DNA of 32,164 nucleotides from a virus (taxonomy: Duplodnaviria > Caudoviricetes): IMG/VR virus record IMGVR_UViG_3300032243_000020, positions 1-32,164 of that record. The stretch is one strand, 5' to 3'. This document shows, piece after piece, positions 7,301 to 14,324 of the stretch (its first letter is position 1; the number at the start of each line of letters is the position of its first letter). The notes below the pieces were generated by a model, which had not been told where the DNA came from, searched no databases, and saw only the letters and a program-made list of their open reading frames with translations. Made by a program: the position numbers and the translations under genes.

Positions 7301-9901
7301 AGATAGTTCAAACAATTTTTTAGGTGCGTTAGCTACTAACGTATCAATGTCTGGCGTTGTTGGTTGTGCTGTTGTAGTAGCCTCGGTAGTATTACCGGCA
7401 GAAGTTTCTTCTTTTTTTGGGAATTTAAGCTGTTTAAGCTGAATAAGTAAAGAATCAAGTTCGTTACTATAGTTATTTTTTTGTTCTTCTAATGCGTTTA
7501 TTTCATTTTCGTATTTATGGGCGTTTCCTTCCATAATACCTTTGTGCCGTAATTCGTCAATTTGATTTTTTGTAGCATAATAAACTTTTTCAATTTTATC
7601 ATACTTATTATCAAGTTCAATTTTTGCATCAAAATATTTTTCTTGTTGGAGTTGCTCTTCAGTTGCTTTAGGCGGTCCGGCCTCAGTAGTATTACCGGCA
7701 GAAGTTTCTTCTGTTTTAGGTGTTTCTTGAGTTGAACTTGTTATTTTTCCTGCTCTTTTATTTTGCCTAATTTTAAAACCTTCATAAAAAAGGTCTCCTT
7801 CAGCTTCTATTTTTTTTCTTTGTTCCTTTAATTTTTTTTCTTCTTCTGACCCTACTTCTACTTTTTTAAGTTTTGTTAAAACAGTTTTTAATCTTGCAAC
7901 AAACTTTTTTTGCATTTCAAAATCTTCTTCGGCTGTTGGCTCAACAGCTTCAGTTGTTCCGGCTTCGGTAGTATCATTAAGAAGTGTTTTTTGCTTTATA
8001 AGCGTATATAATGTTTTAAGACCATTAAGTAATTCACGGCGTCTAATACCTACAGGTTTAAATTTGTTATCTTCATTACGAAGAATAGCTAATTCTTCGG
8101 TATATTTTTTTCTAATTTCAATTAATTCTTCATATGATTTTTGACTTAATTCTTTTTCGGTAAAAATTTGAGTTTGTGTTGGTTTGGCCTCGGTAGTATT
8201 ACCGATGGGAGCCTGCTCAGACTGATTGTATTCTTGGTACGCATTGTTTGTTGCATTACGCTGGTCTTCGATATCTTTTAATCTAGCGGCTTCTTGCTCT
8301 TCTTGGGTATCATTCTTAGCTCTGCCTTCGTATTCCCGCACTAACTGATTAAACTTATCAATAGCCGCGTCAGCTACTGCTGGGTCTTTAACACCTTGCT
8401 CATTTAAAGTATCAATTAAGTTTGTAAGTGCAGAATCAAAAGCTTGTTCAGGGCTTTCATACTGATTCATTTGCTCAATAGCTTGAGCAAAGTTTCCTTG
8501 TGCATATACTTCTACAGTTTTAATTAATTCTTGGCGTTTTTTGTCGGCTTCTGCTAATGCACTAGACTCATCATTTTCTCGATTTCCAGTTCCTGCAGGA
8601 ATTGATCCAGTTGCAGCCATGTCTGTAGCGGTATTTTTTCCAGCCCCTGTGGTGGGGACTGATCCTGTCTGGTCTTGAGATACAGGAACGCTTGGCTGAT
8701 TTGTTCCGACGTTAGTGCTAGTGTTATCTCCTGAGACATTTTGTTGGTTTTCCTGTTTAGGCGGGGTGGTTAAAATATTTTCAATAAAAGCATCTAGTTC
8801 AGCATCACCAACAACAATATTTTTTTCTTGTAAATCTTCTTTAGCAATATTTTTAATATTTTCTTTAACAACTTCTTGACTAGCTGGATCAAGCCGGTTT
8901 ACTTCTTGTTTAGCTTTATACGCAGTTCTCGCCCCAAGCCCCGCACCCATACCAAACCCAGCAAGTCCTTCAAGTACAGCATTACTAATAACCCCACGCA
9001 TTAATGGAGTATCAATACCTTCCCGTTGTAATGCAAGATTCCCTGCAACTTGTTCTTGCCCAGCTTGTAATGATTCAGTACCAAACTCTGTTAAACCCTC
9101 TTTAGAAGCATATTTTCTAATACCTTGCTTTGCAATTTTTTTAGTTTCTTCCGCAGCTTTTTCTTTAGCTGTTTTTTGAATAATGTTTTTAGATAAGACC
9201 TTAGCAATTGCTGGCTCAATACCTGTACTAGCCCCAAGCGTACCAATAGCCGCACCGGTTAAAATCATGTCTAGGTTTTTGCCGCCGTAATCTTGAGCTA
9301 ATTTTGCTCTTGCCTCAACTTGATCTTTAGGCATGTCAGTTTTACTAAGCTCTTCTTTAACGGCATCATAGATACCACCTTTAATAGTACCTGCACCCAT
9401 AGCAGCGCCAATACCCGCCCCAACTGCACCCACAGCTAAAGCAGGTGCGCCACCAATAGTCGCAACTAACCCGCCAAGAATAGCTGGTGCTGATGTACCA
9501 AATGCATTTACAAGGGTATCAACAGGGGCTACGCTTAAAGCTTTAACACCAGCAATAACCTGATCAAGAACACCTTTATCTTCGGCGTCTTTCATAATGC
9601 GTGCTATTTCTTTAGAATCTTGTTTAGACTGCGCACTCATTAAACCAGCAAGGTAGTCTTCCCCACCTTTTAATGTTTTGCTTGTTTCGCTACCAGCGCC
9701 AAATGCATCAGCAATCATACGCACACCACTAACCACGCCTTTACCAAGTTGTAAAGGAACGTCGGCTATCTGTCTAAGCGTAGAAAAGCTTTCTGTTTCT
9801 GGTGTAGGTTCAGGTTTAGCATCAAACTGATCAAAAAAATTACCAGTAACTTTGCTTTCTTTTGCCGGAGCTGGATCAAACTGATCAAAGAAATTTGGCA
9901 T
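1370..9901 (-). CDS. Giant polyvalent internal virion (ejection) protein: Gly/Ala hydrophobic N-region, variable helical modules, GNAT domain, HExxH zincin-like metallopeptidase, C-terminal PLxRFG-type domain
   Basis: 2843 aa and last gene of the virion operon. GNAT motif A FEVQPDLQGKGYGRKLL plus WYGRNGF (~6720-7040). LLHEILHA (4829-4843) with downstream EFIAEAFSN. YFPIKRFG (PIKRFG at 3746-3763). Confidence 0.8.
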   Translation of the reverse strand: MPNFFDQFDPAPAKESKVTGNFFDQFDAKPEPTPETESFSTLRQIADVPLQLGKGVVSGVRMIADAFGAGSETSKTLKGGEDYLAGLMSAQSKQDSKEIARIMKDAEDKGVLDQVIAGVKALSVAPVDTLVNAFGTSAPAILGGLVATIGGAPALAVGAVGAGIGAAMGAGTIKGGIYDAVKEELSKTDMPKDQVEARAKLAQDYGGKNLDMILTGAAIGTLGASTGIEPAIAKVLSKNIIQKTAKEKAAEETKKIAKQGIRKYASKEGLTEFGTESLQAGQEQVAGNLALQREGIDTPLMRGVISNAVLEGLAGFGMGAGLGARTAYKAKQEVNRLDPASQEVVKENIKNIAKEDLQEKNIVVGDAELDAFIENILTTPPKQENQQNVSGDNTSTNVGTNQPSVPVSQDQTGSVPTTGAGKNTATDMAATGSIPAGTGNRENDESSALAEADKKRQELIKTVEVYAQGNFAQAIEQMNQYESPEQAFDSALTNLIDTLNEQGVKDPAVADAAIDKFNQLVREYEGRAKNDTQEEQEAARLKDIEDQRNATNNAYQEYNQSEQAPIGNTTEAKPTQTQIFTEKELSQKSYEELIEIRKKYTEELAILRNEDNKFKPVGIRRRELLNGLKTLYTLIKQKTLLNDTTEAGTTEAVEPTAEEDFEMQKKFVARLKTVLTKLKKVEVGSEEEKKLKEQRKKIEAEGDLFYEGFKIRQNKRAGKITSSTQETPKTEETSAGNTTEAGPPKATEEQLQQEKYFDAKIELDNKYDKIEKVYYATKNQIDELRHKGIMEGNAHKYENEINALEEQKNNYSNELDSLLIQLKQLKFPKKEETSAGNTTEATTTAQPTTPDIDTLVANAPKKLFELSEKVSAADKKASGWNYGSTKRNATMAFRRYSEAVKEYLKPYLTGDEKKDDSLWLKFISALDLKRVVGESKVTQETTKTEKAPIVSDKGAFIRGATNNDLMPAFAGFRQTEPDTDVHDEVGDATFITGFEVQPDLQGKGYGRKLLDAIIEWADTNDKRLALSPAASGGLTQEQLKAWYGRNGFRKAGDYMVREPKAKSRLEGVDYSPEIGHPLFDQIGLPEGPARENAKNEEIPYEDAVLLRKMILKTIDDGLERGLTREAIIGQLEALTKGGIKNNVMFKIHDYLTEKGVKEEKELNQAKEKATEFIDSIVDRTIKPSRAQINAIAYKLGLNIDMDVSNAEALHQIKQAIGYKPKEKIKEVSTTPKTEEELEEERENEFREKAEAELSESDVGKALQRIEDEDRTETKAQLRAFTNKLEKDGTLDDVSDIREALSDREVDAYDVLDIIREQLEEAKETAIEELMDEYRNDYEVSTEEQNKVQEALVKEVEKTKIAPEMSEEEQKLRLVQKTPNINELPQELQDNPAVQKYHAAFNDWVKAKEDGSDTDTVNALRTKTAEAKQELPQDHPAAYKEVVVENKKKDKKSAADKAKEKAFNEVLSQIKELKNQLESVDDPDARGRIQKGIDDLIKQAKKLNPDNTINRVGVTSDVSGDIHPTVYEAIKNNDIKGVLNALFKTSSGYTRSLAQRLLELNLNTQIFFDNQKVILDKFVAQVDIERIALENYVKSVYPNAALFIDQSLMANPILETAEAYKFLQKSGVNFAGMELVLSSVIDKYTEAASVYDGRKNPAFYIGGSVDSINISTKIPYYFGTTTNHNLLHEILHAATQWALTHRNELTKEQIYALDELTALFNYAKERSKDGSEYGFTDVSEFIAEAFSNKDFQNFLKTLKYEMEGPKTIWSRFMQIVGKLMGTKNVLFYTLANTEVLFSANKSGPSLSISPMGRPRKNAPKTPKPIATTKVNNKENFGNAIINNAIAGRVTWKNLNKKNLIKLLRSLPDQLRKHYLGLFTLDQLTDMVGEALPQFKAYRNEKDAMLNTRNKILTESEKAVSLWQNLSVKHPKLARMLDMLMIEATFAKVDPDPQGQGHDANELKKSKAGKQAQAAWDAVMADPNGAEAIEIYREVRKFYEKRMNEYITIVLKRLAISLKADGATNDEIKERIQKRFGDISADIIKPYFPIKRFGEFWLQIGHTKGNIIFMQFEDAASRDMAIEAEVKRITKEKMAANGALSEEQAMEAAEGELSAGNSFSTDLNTKLSDALQLEGIKELINKTTDKVQVGNAVDKVEDLRENLIDGFNQWYLEMMPSQSIRKMFIHRKNVPGLSGDMFRAFNESRQRIAYQRSRFEHLPKLFADIKAANGALKFMPLKEQIKWRDYVRELELNLKTAVLEPPKQSMLTTYATQAGFLYYLTAPASAIVNFMAIPGIYIPAAAPKYGMANVTQSLAKYNRLLFATAKGKERLTDEKTGRWTLLPSLARSNLDGITSVGDKIDLPAGKSLADVYDAGIRLNAIDTTLAHDNAAMAEMSSNKYTGRAQKIMYYASLPFHAAEKYNRETTFMATFDMAYRKYLTPVAKGGKGYTKENAYDAAVMDARNLVQETMFNYETSNKPRYFRGNYRNIILQFKQYPQHMTVLLWRTFEKAWISGIDGEMARYARQIANSPKDMQVELKAKKKAELEQMRKESRQQFMGMMATTFVTTGMTGLPMWFLFVGIAKAMQALFGDDDDEEDFDVDNWFKNWCDDTFGGVLGHAIKRGVLSTATGINFADRMSTNLSSMWFPDARPSNDEVTSVTNRLVSLMGPTVSVGLKVADAIDKYKDGNTERAVETIMPSAIKNVMVGTRYLIEGEAKTLTGATLVDEVNPAQALTQMLGFTPEEIALAQKKAFGKKNAAVQIDLTRANISNGFYLAIKAGDSDMLEKAIERVRKFNKAHPAYPILPDNLIDSVKKHYSDITKANLHGGVNINKKLYSELDALYR
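7067..8204. repeat. Dispersed direct repeats encoding linkers (EETSAGNTTEA / TQETxKTE / GNTTEA) within the giant gene
   Basis: 7380-7412 vs 7680-7712 match 32/33. 7067-7091 vs 7709-7733 match 24/25. 8187-8204 is identical to 7380-7397. A degenerate copy lies at 7962-7978. Confidence 0.85.
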
Positions 9902-9904
9902 CGT

Positions 9905-12283
9905 TTATTTTAAATAGTCAGCGGCTTTTAAGCCAGGATATTTTGTTTCAAATTGTTTTGCTAAAGTAGGATCTTTCTTTAAAGCATCAATAGCAGCTTG
10001 TGGTACTCCACCTGTTGGCGCTGTTTCTTGTTTTGGTATAAGCCCCGCAGCTTCCCTATACTCGTTAATTTTAGTTTCCCGCATTTTTTTAGCTCTTGCT
10101 TGATCCTCGGGATTTTTACTGCCAAGAAGTTCCATATACTTAAGCCCTTCTGCCCCACTATTTAAAGCAGTATCCGCTTTACTTATTGCCTCAAGATCCA
10201 ATCTTGATCTTTCAATACCAAGTTTTTCGTCTTTATTCATAGCATTTTTTTCTAAATAAGCATATGCAGCTGCTGGTGTCATATTGTTTTCTTTAGCATA
10301 CTGCAAAATCATATTTTGCCCAAATATTTCTTTAACCCTAGATGCAGCTGCGTTAATTTGAGCAGTTTGAAGATGCGTTTTGTTAGTTGCAGCATTGTTT
10401 CTTTCGCTTGACTCATTATTCATCTTAGTTGTTGTAAGTTGATTAGCCAATGTAGCGTTTTTATCCATTGCTTCTGCTTTAGCTTTAGCTGCATTAGCAT
10501 AGTGTGTTTGAGCTGCAGTCATATCGCCTCTAGCTTCAGCACGCTGACCTTTTTGCATTTCAGCAGCTTCTTTAGCTAGGCTAACATCTAAGTCTTCATA
10601 AGTTTTTTGAATTTCAGCTTGACCTGTCATATAGTTTTTACCGCCCTGTATAGCACCAGCTGCAATTCCACCAGGGGTACTAGCAAAATCTAACCATGCT
10701 TTAGCTTCATTCATTTTTTCTGCTCGGCGTTGTTTATCTGCTAACCCAGCACTACGTTCTTTGTTTTTGTTTTGATATGCTATTTCTTCAGGAGAAAGGT
10801 TTTTCTGTGTATTAGCTAATGCAGATCCGAGTAACGCTTGTTGTGTTGCCATAGCTTCTTCAGGCGTTGAATATCCTTTAGCTCTTTCTTCTGCAGCTGC
10901 TATTAATCCATACGGGTCTTCTTTAACTTCAGTACCTGCAGCAAACCGAGGGATAATTCCACCTTCAGCCATGTTCATGCCTAAGTCACCAGTATTGCCA
11001 GCGGCAACGCCAGACATGTTTTGCCCCATTTGATCTTCAGCTTGTCTACTTGCAATCATCTGCTTAATGCCCGGACTCTGTGTTTGTTGCATCAGTTTAG
11101 GTAATTCTTTTTGGCTTGGTGATGCATACGCATCTGATTGTGCAATGTCATCAATCTTATCCTCGAGCCCAACTAATACGCCTGATTTGTATCCGGGAAT
11201 AACATCTGCAATACCGCCCTTAGCCATAGCCTTAATCGTGCCACCTTCTTTTTTGCCTGTGTATGCGTTGTATGCACCGAGTAACCCAGCAGCTTGTTGC
11301 GCAACCGGTGCTTGAGCCTGGTATGATTGGACGGCTGTAGACTGCATAGGCAAACCACGTAACATATTAGACATTAAACCTAATTGCATCATTGGGTACT
11401 GCTGAGCCGTACCGTAGTCTTGAACGGCTTGGTTAATCTTGCTTTGTTCTAAAGCCTGCTGCTGACCCCCCATCTGGTTCTGCATATTAATAATGCCTTG
11501 TTGAGCCCCAAGTTCTTGCCCACCAATACCAGCTAATGCGTTAGCACCTTGAATACCTGCTTGAGCGCCTTGCAATCCTAGCTGAGCCCCGGTATTCATT
11601 TGATTTTGTGCGTTATTAAATGCAGTGTTGTAACCTTGACCAATTGCTTGGTTCATTGCCATATTCTTGTTGCGTTGATTTTCAGCCGCCATAATAGCGT
11701 CTCTACTACCACCAAACGCACCGGCTTGTGTAGCTTGCCCAGCTTGTTGGGCTCCAGTAATACCATACTGGCGTTGCATTTCTTCTAACTGCGGCTGTAA
11801 ACTATTTTGTAAGTATGGGTTCATATAGGCACCAACCGCATTAGGGTTAGTTGCCATGTTTTGGAAGTTCCGTCCTGCGCCCAACGCCTGCATTGTACCT
11901 AGACCAGCCGCTCCTGTAGCCGCTCCATATTGCCCCGGAGTTTCAAGATTAGCTGCACCAGATTGTGCTTGTTGTTGCATTGGGCTAAACCCCGCATAAT
12001 AATCAGACGGGTTAGAACTATAAGGCGTATAAGGTTTAAATCCAGTTATTTCTGTATTGCCATCTGCCCCAGGAGCAGTATTAAATAATTGGTTTTGTGT
12101 AGCGTTAAGCATGTTTTGTACATAAGGCTTAGCGTACTCAGGTACATTCGTTTGATATGATGTAGCCGTTGTTGGAGCCGGTGTTCCACCTTTACCCCCA
12201 CCTTCTAAGGTCGCCGGCGCATTGCTAAATAGCTTTTTTGTAAACGCCCGTTCAGGCAACATTGACTCTAAATCGTATCTCAT
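9905..12283 (-). CDS. Internal virion / DNA ejection protein (P22 gp7-like N-half joined to a helical C-half)
   Basis: 792 aa. Leader followed by GGGKGG, Gln/Gly/Ala-rich region with AGAFGGSR, charged helical C-half. Sits between the GNAT gene and the giant protein. Confidence 0.7.
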   Translation of the reverse strand: MRYDLESMLPERAFTKKLFSNAPATLEGGGKGGTPAPTTATSYQTNVPEYAKPYVQNMLNATQNQLFNTAPGADGNTEITGFKPYTPYSSNPSDYYAGFSPMQQQAQSGAANLETPGQYGAATGAAGLGTMQALGAGRNFQNMATNPNAVGAYMNPYLQNSLQPQLEEMQRQYGITGAQQAGQATQAGAFGGSRDAIMAAENQRNKNMAMNQAIGQGYNTAFNNAQNQMNTGAQLGLQGAQAGIQGANALAGIGGQELGAQQGIINMQNQMGGQQQALEQSKINQAVQDYGTAQQYPMMQLGLMSNMLRGLPMQSTAVQSYQAQAPVAQQAAGLLGAYNAYTGKKEGGTIKAMAKGGIADVIPGYKSGVLVGLEDKIDDIAQSDAYASPSQKELPKLMQQTQSPGIKQMIASRQAEDQMGQNMSGVAAGNTGDLGMNMAEGGIIPRFAAGTEVKEDPYGLIAAAEERAKGYSTPEEAMATQQALLGSALANTQKNLSPEEIAYQNKNKERSAGLADKQRRAEKMNEAKAWLDFASTPGGIAAGAIQGGKNYMTGQAEIQKTYEDLDVSLAKEAAEMQKGQRAEARGDMTAAQTHYANAAKAKAEAMDKNATLANQLTTTKMNNESSERNNAATNKTHLQTAQINAAASRVKEIFGQNMILQYAKENNMTPAAAYAYLEKNAMNKDEKLGIERSRLDLEAISKADTALNSGAEGLKYMELLGSKNPEDQARAKKMRETKINEYREAAGLIPKQETAPTGGVPQAAIDALKKDPTLAKQFETKYPGLKAADYLK

Positions 12284-12711
12284 TTTTTAAACTCCCTAAT
12301 CCATCTACAATCGGCTTTATCCATATGTAGGACTACTAAATCGCCGTCATCTTCATGCATACCGTTAAACCTTAAAGCTTCTTTAAAACCAAGCTTTTGA
12401 TCGTACTCCATAGCTTTAATATTCTTACTATTTACTATGCCGAATACTTTTTCTAAACCGCAATAGTTAAATGGAAAATCAAACGCACTAAACAATAACG
12501 CTCTAGGGGTATACCCCCCTTTAAGATTAACCATGTGTATTTGACATGTCTTACCTATAAACGCTGTGTAGCCAACAACCCATTCAATTTTATTATTTGC
12601 ATCGACCCAAAACAACGCTTGTAAATCACCACAAGGTTGAACACCAATCTCTTTAAGCAAAATATTAGCCGCAACTTGTTTAGCGTCTAATGATTGCGCA
12701 AACTGTAACAT
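12280..12711 (-). CDS. GNAT-fold acetyltransferase-like protein (positional equivalent of P22 gp14 / T7 gp13)
   Basis: 143 aa. FDFPFNYCGLEKVFGIVNSKNIKAMEYDQKLGFKE matches the RimJ/RimL-like GNAT C-terminal motif (N..A....KLGF..E). Lies immediately upstream of the ejection protein. Confidence 0.8.
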   Translation of the reverse strand: MLQFAQSLDAKQVAANILLKEIGVQPCGDLQALFWVDANNKIEWVVGYTAFIGKTCQIHMVNLKGGYTPRALLFSAFDFPFNYCGLEKVFGIVNSKNIKAMEYDQKLGFKEALRFNGMHEDDGDLVVLHMDKADCRWIREFKK

Positions 12712-14265
12712 TTAGGTAGGTAAAAACTTATTAGGGTTGATTTGTTTACCCTGCGCTTTACGACCAGTTCTTGCTTTACGAATCTTATCCATCATGCTAT
12801 ATAGTTTTTTAGCACCAGCTTCAGTCGAACCATTACCTAAATGACTAACTACATCAGCTGGCACCACAAATTCGCCGTCGGCTAAACGTGCAGGTTGATG
12901 CTTTCCAATCTGTGCAGGTATATTGTCGCTCATCCCATCGCCGGGCCCCTTAAGCAAGCGTCCACCATCTGAATAAGAACCTAGTGTTGCAATACCACCT
13001 GATGCTCCAGTATCAGAAAAGTCACCACCTAGTTTTTCTATTCCTGTCTTAGGTAAGTTACCTGTTTTAACATTCGATCTTTTTGCTATCTGCTTGTACC
13101 CAGCTTGAGCTGCGTTCCAACTTGGTAAGCCTTTAGTTGTTAAATTAGTATCGTGGTAAATGCCCGTGTCAGGAATACCCGCAGATGAAGATAGGTGCCC
13201 ACCAGAAGCCATTTTCATAGACCCAGTATATGTATCAGTCATTGTATCGGTAGGCGAAATTATGCTACTACTAGTTGGAATACTTGTTGCGCTTTGAAAT
13301 TGATTATACCCAGACGCATTGTTTAGTCCAGATTGTTGAAATGAAGAGTTGTTATTAGCAGCGTTCTCGTTAGACATTTGCTCAACTGGGCCTTGTGTAC
13401 TAGGATCGGCTAACCCACCCTCTGCCATTGTTTTTGGCGCATATGGATTTTGAGAGTAGTCTTGGTACTGTGCTTTATAGTATGGGTTTGGCTGTTCCGG
13501 AACATACCCTTTAAAGTCTTTTGACAACCTAGCAAACCCCATTGGGTTACTGTCGGTAGACCCTAGTTGAGGTACACCTTGTTGTGGTGTTAAAGCATTA
13601 GCAATACTGTAACCAGCAGCAGGTAATGTTCCTTGTGGCATTGCAGCCATAGCTGCACTACGTCCTTGAGAATTACCAAGTTCGCTTAAACCCCGTTGAG
13701 CATTGGAAAAAGATGGCTCAGTAACCGCTGCTGTTCTAGCTGTTGCATTACCACCTTCTTCAATTGCTTGTTGCTTAATTGCGTCTAAAGCTGTTTGATC
13801 TGTTATGCCTTGTGTAGCAGCTTGTTGTGCAGCTTGTTGACCAGCAGTATCTGCTGCTGTTTGTGCTGCGGTTTGAGTTGCTGTATCTGCTACTGCGCTT
13901 GCGCCTGCCCCAGCTAGTCCCACCCCTAGTCCTGCACCGCCGTAAGCCCCAAGTCCCGCCATTAAACCTGCGTTTAAATCATGTTTAGCTACACCATAGC
14001 CAAGCCCAGTAATACCTGCGGCCATTAACGGAGATAACGCCCCACCCGTAGCAATAGTTAAACCAGCTCCAATAACCATAGGTAAAATAGAATCAAGGAA
14101 CCCGGCTTCGGGTAAACCTGTATGAGGATTGATAGTTAGAGAACCACCATGCGCCTTAGCTACTTGTTGAAGCCCACGCAATTCATTGGATGACATGTGC
14201 ACAAGCTGGTCATCTGGACCACGCCCATGTTGTTTTAAGTATTCTGCCGTATGCGACAAACTCAT
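12712..14265 (-). CDS. Probable internal virion / ejection protein with membrane-type Gly/Ala segment and C-terminal GPGDGMSD...LADGEFV domain
   Basis: 517 aa, RBS GAGAGG. N-domain GRGPDDQLVHM...TINPHTGLPEA, hydrophobic residues ~55-125, C-domain GPGDGMSDNIPA..RLADGEFVVPADVVSHLGNGS. Confidence 0.65.
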   Translation of the reverse strand: MSLSHTAEYLKQHGRGPDDQLVHMSSNELRGLQQVAKAHGGSLTINPHTGLPEAGFLDSILPMVIGAGLTIATGGALSPLMAAGITGLGYGVAKHDLNAGLMAGLGAYGGAGLGVGLAGAGASAVADTATQTAAQTAADTAGQQAAQQAATQGITDQTALDAIKQQAIEEGGNATARTAAVTEPSFSNAQRGLSELGNSQGRSAAMAAMPQGTLPAAGYSIANALTPQQGVPQLGSTDSNPMGFARLSKDFKGYVPEQPNPYYKAQYQDYSQNPYAPKTMAEGGLADPSTQGPVEQMSNENAANNNSSFQQSGLNNASGYNQFQSATSIPTSSSIISPTDTMTDTYTGSMKMASGGHLSSSAGIPDTGIYHDTNLTTKGLPSWNAAQAGYKQIAKRSNVKTGNLPKTGIEKLGGDFSDTGASGGIATLGSYSDGGRLLKGPGDGMSDNIPAQIGKHQPARLADGEFVVPADVVSHLGNGSTEAGAKKLYSMMDKIRKARTGRKAQGKQINPNKFLPT

Positions 14266-14271
14266 ATCATA

Positions 14272-14298
14272 CCTCTCTTAATTTACCATATATTAACA
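14272..14298 (-). promoter_or_regulatory. Possible extended -10 promoter and RBS for the ejection-protein genes
   Basis: The 59 nt AT-rich gap (14266-14324) is the largest in the operon. The minus strand reads TGnTAATAT (14298-14290) and GAGAGG (14277-14272). No good -35 element. Confidence 0.4.
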
Positions 14299-14324
14299 TT
14301 TAAACTGTTGTTCCACTAGCATTT

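Noticed and set aside
7380-8204. 33 bp direct repeats as a CRISPR array
   Set aside because: The intervening segments are 200-290 bp and unequal, the repeats are in-frame coding linkers, and no cas genes are present.
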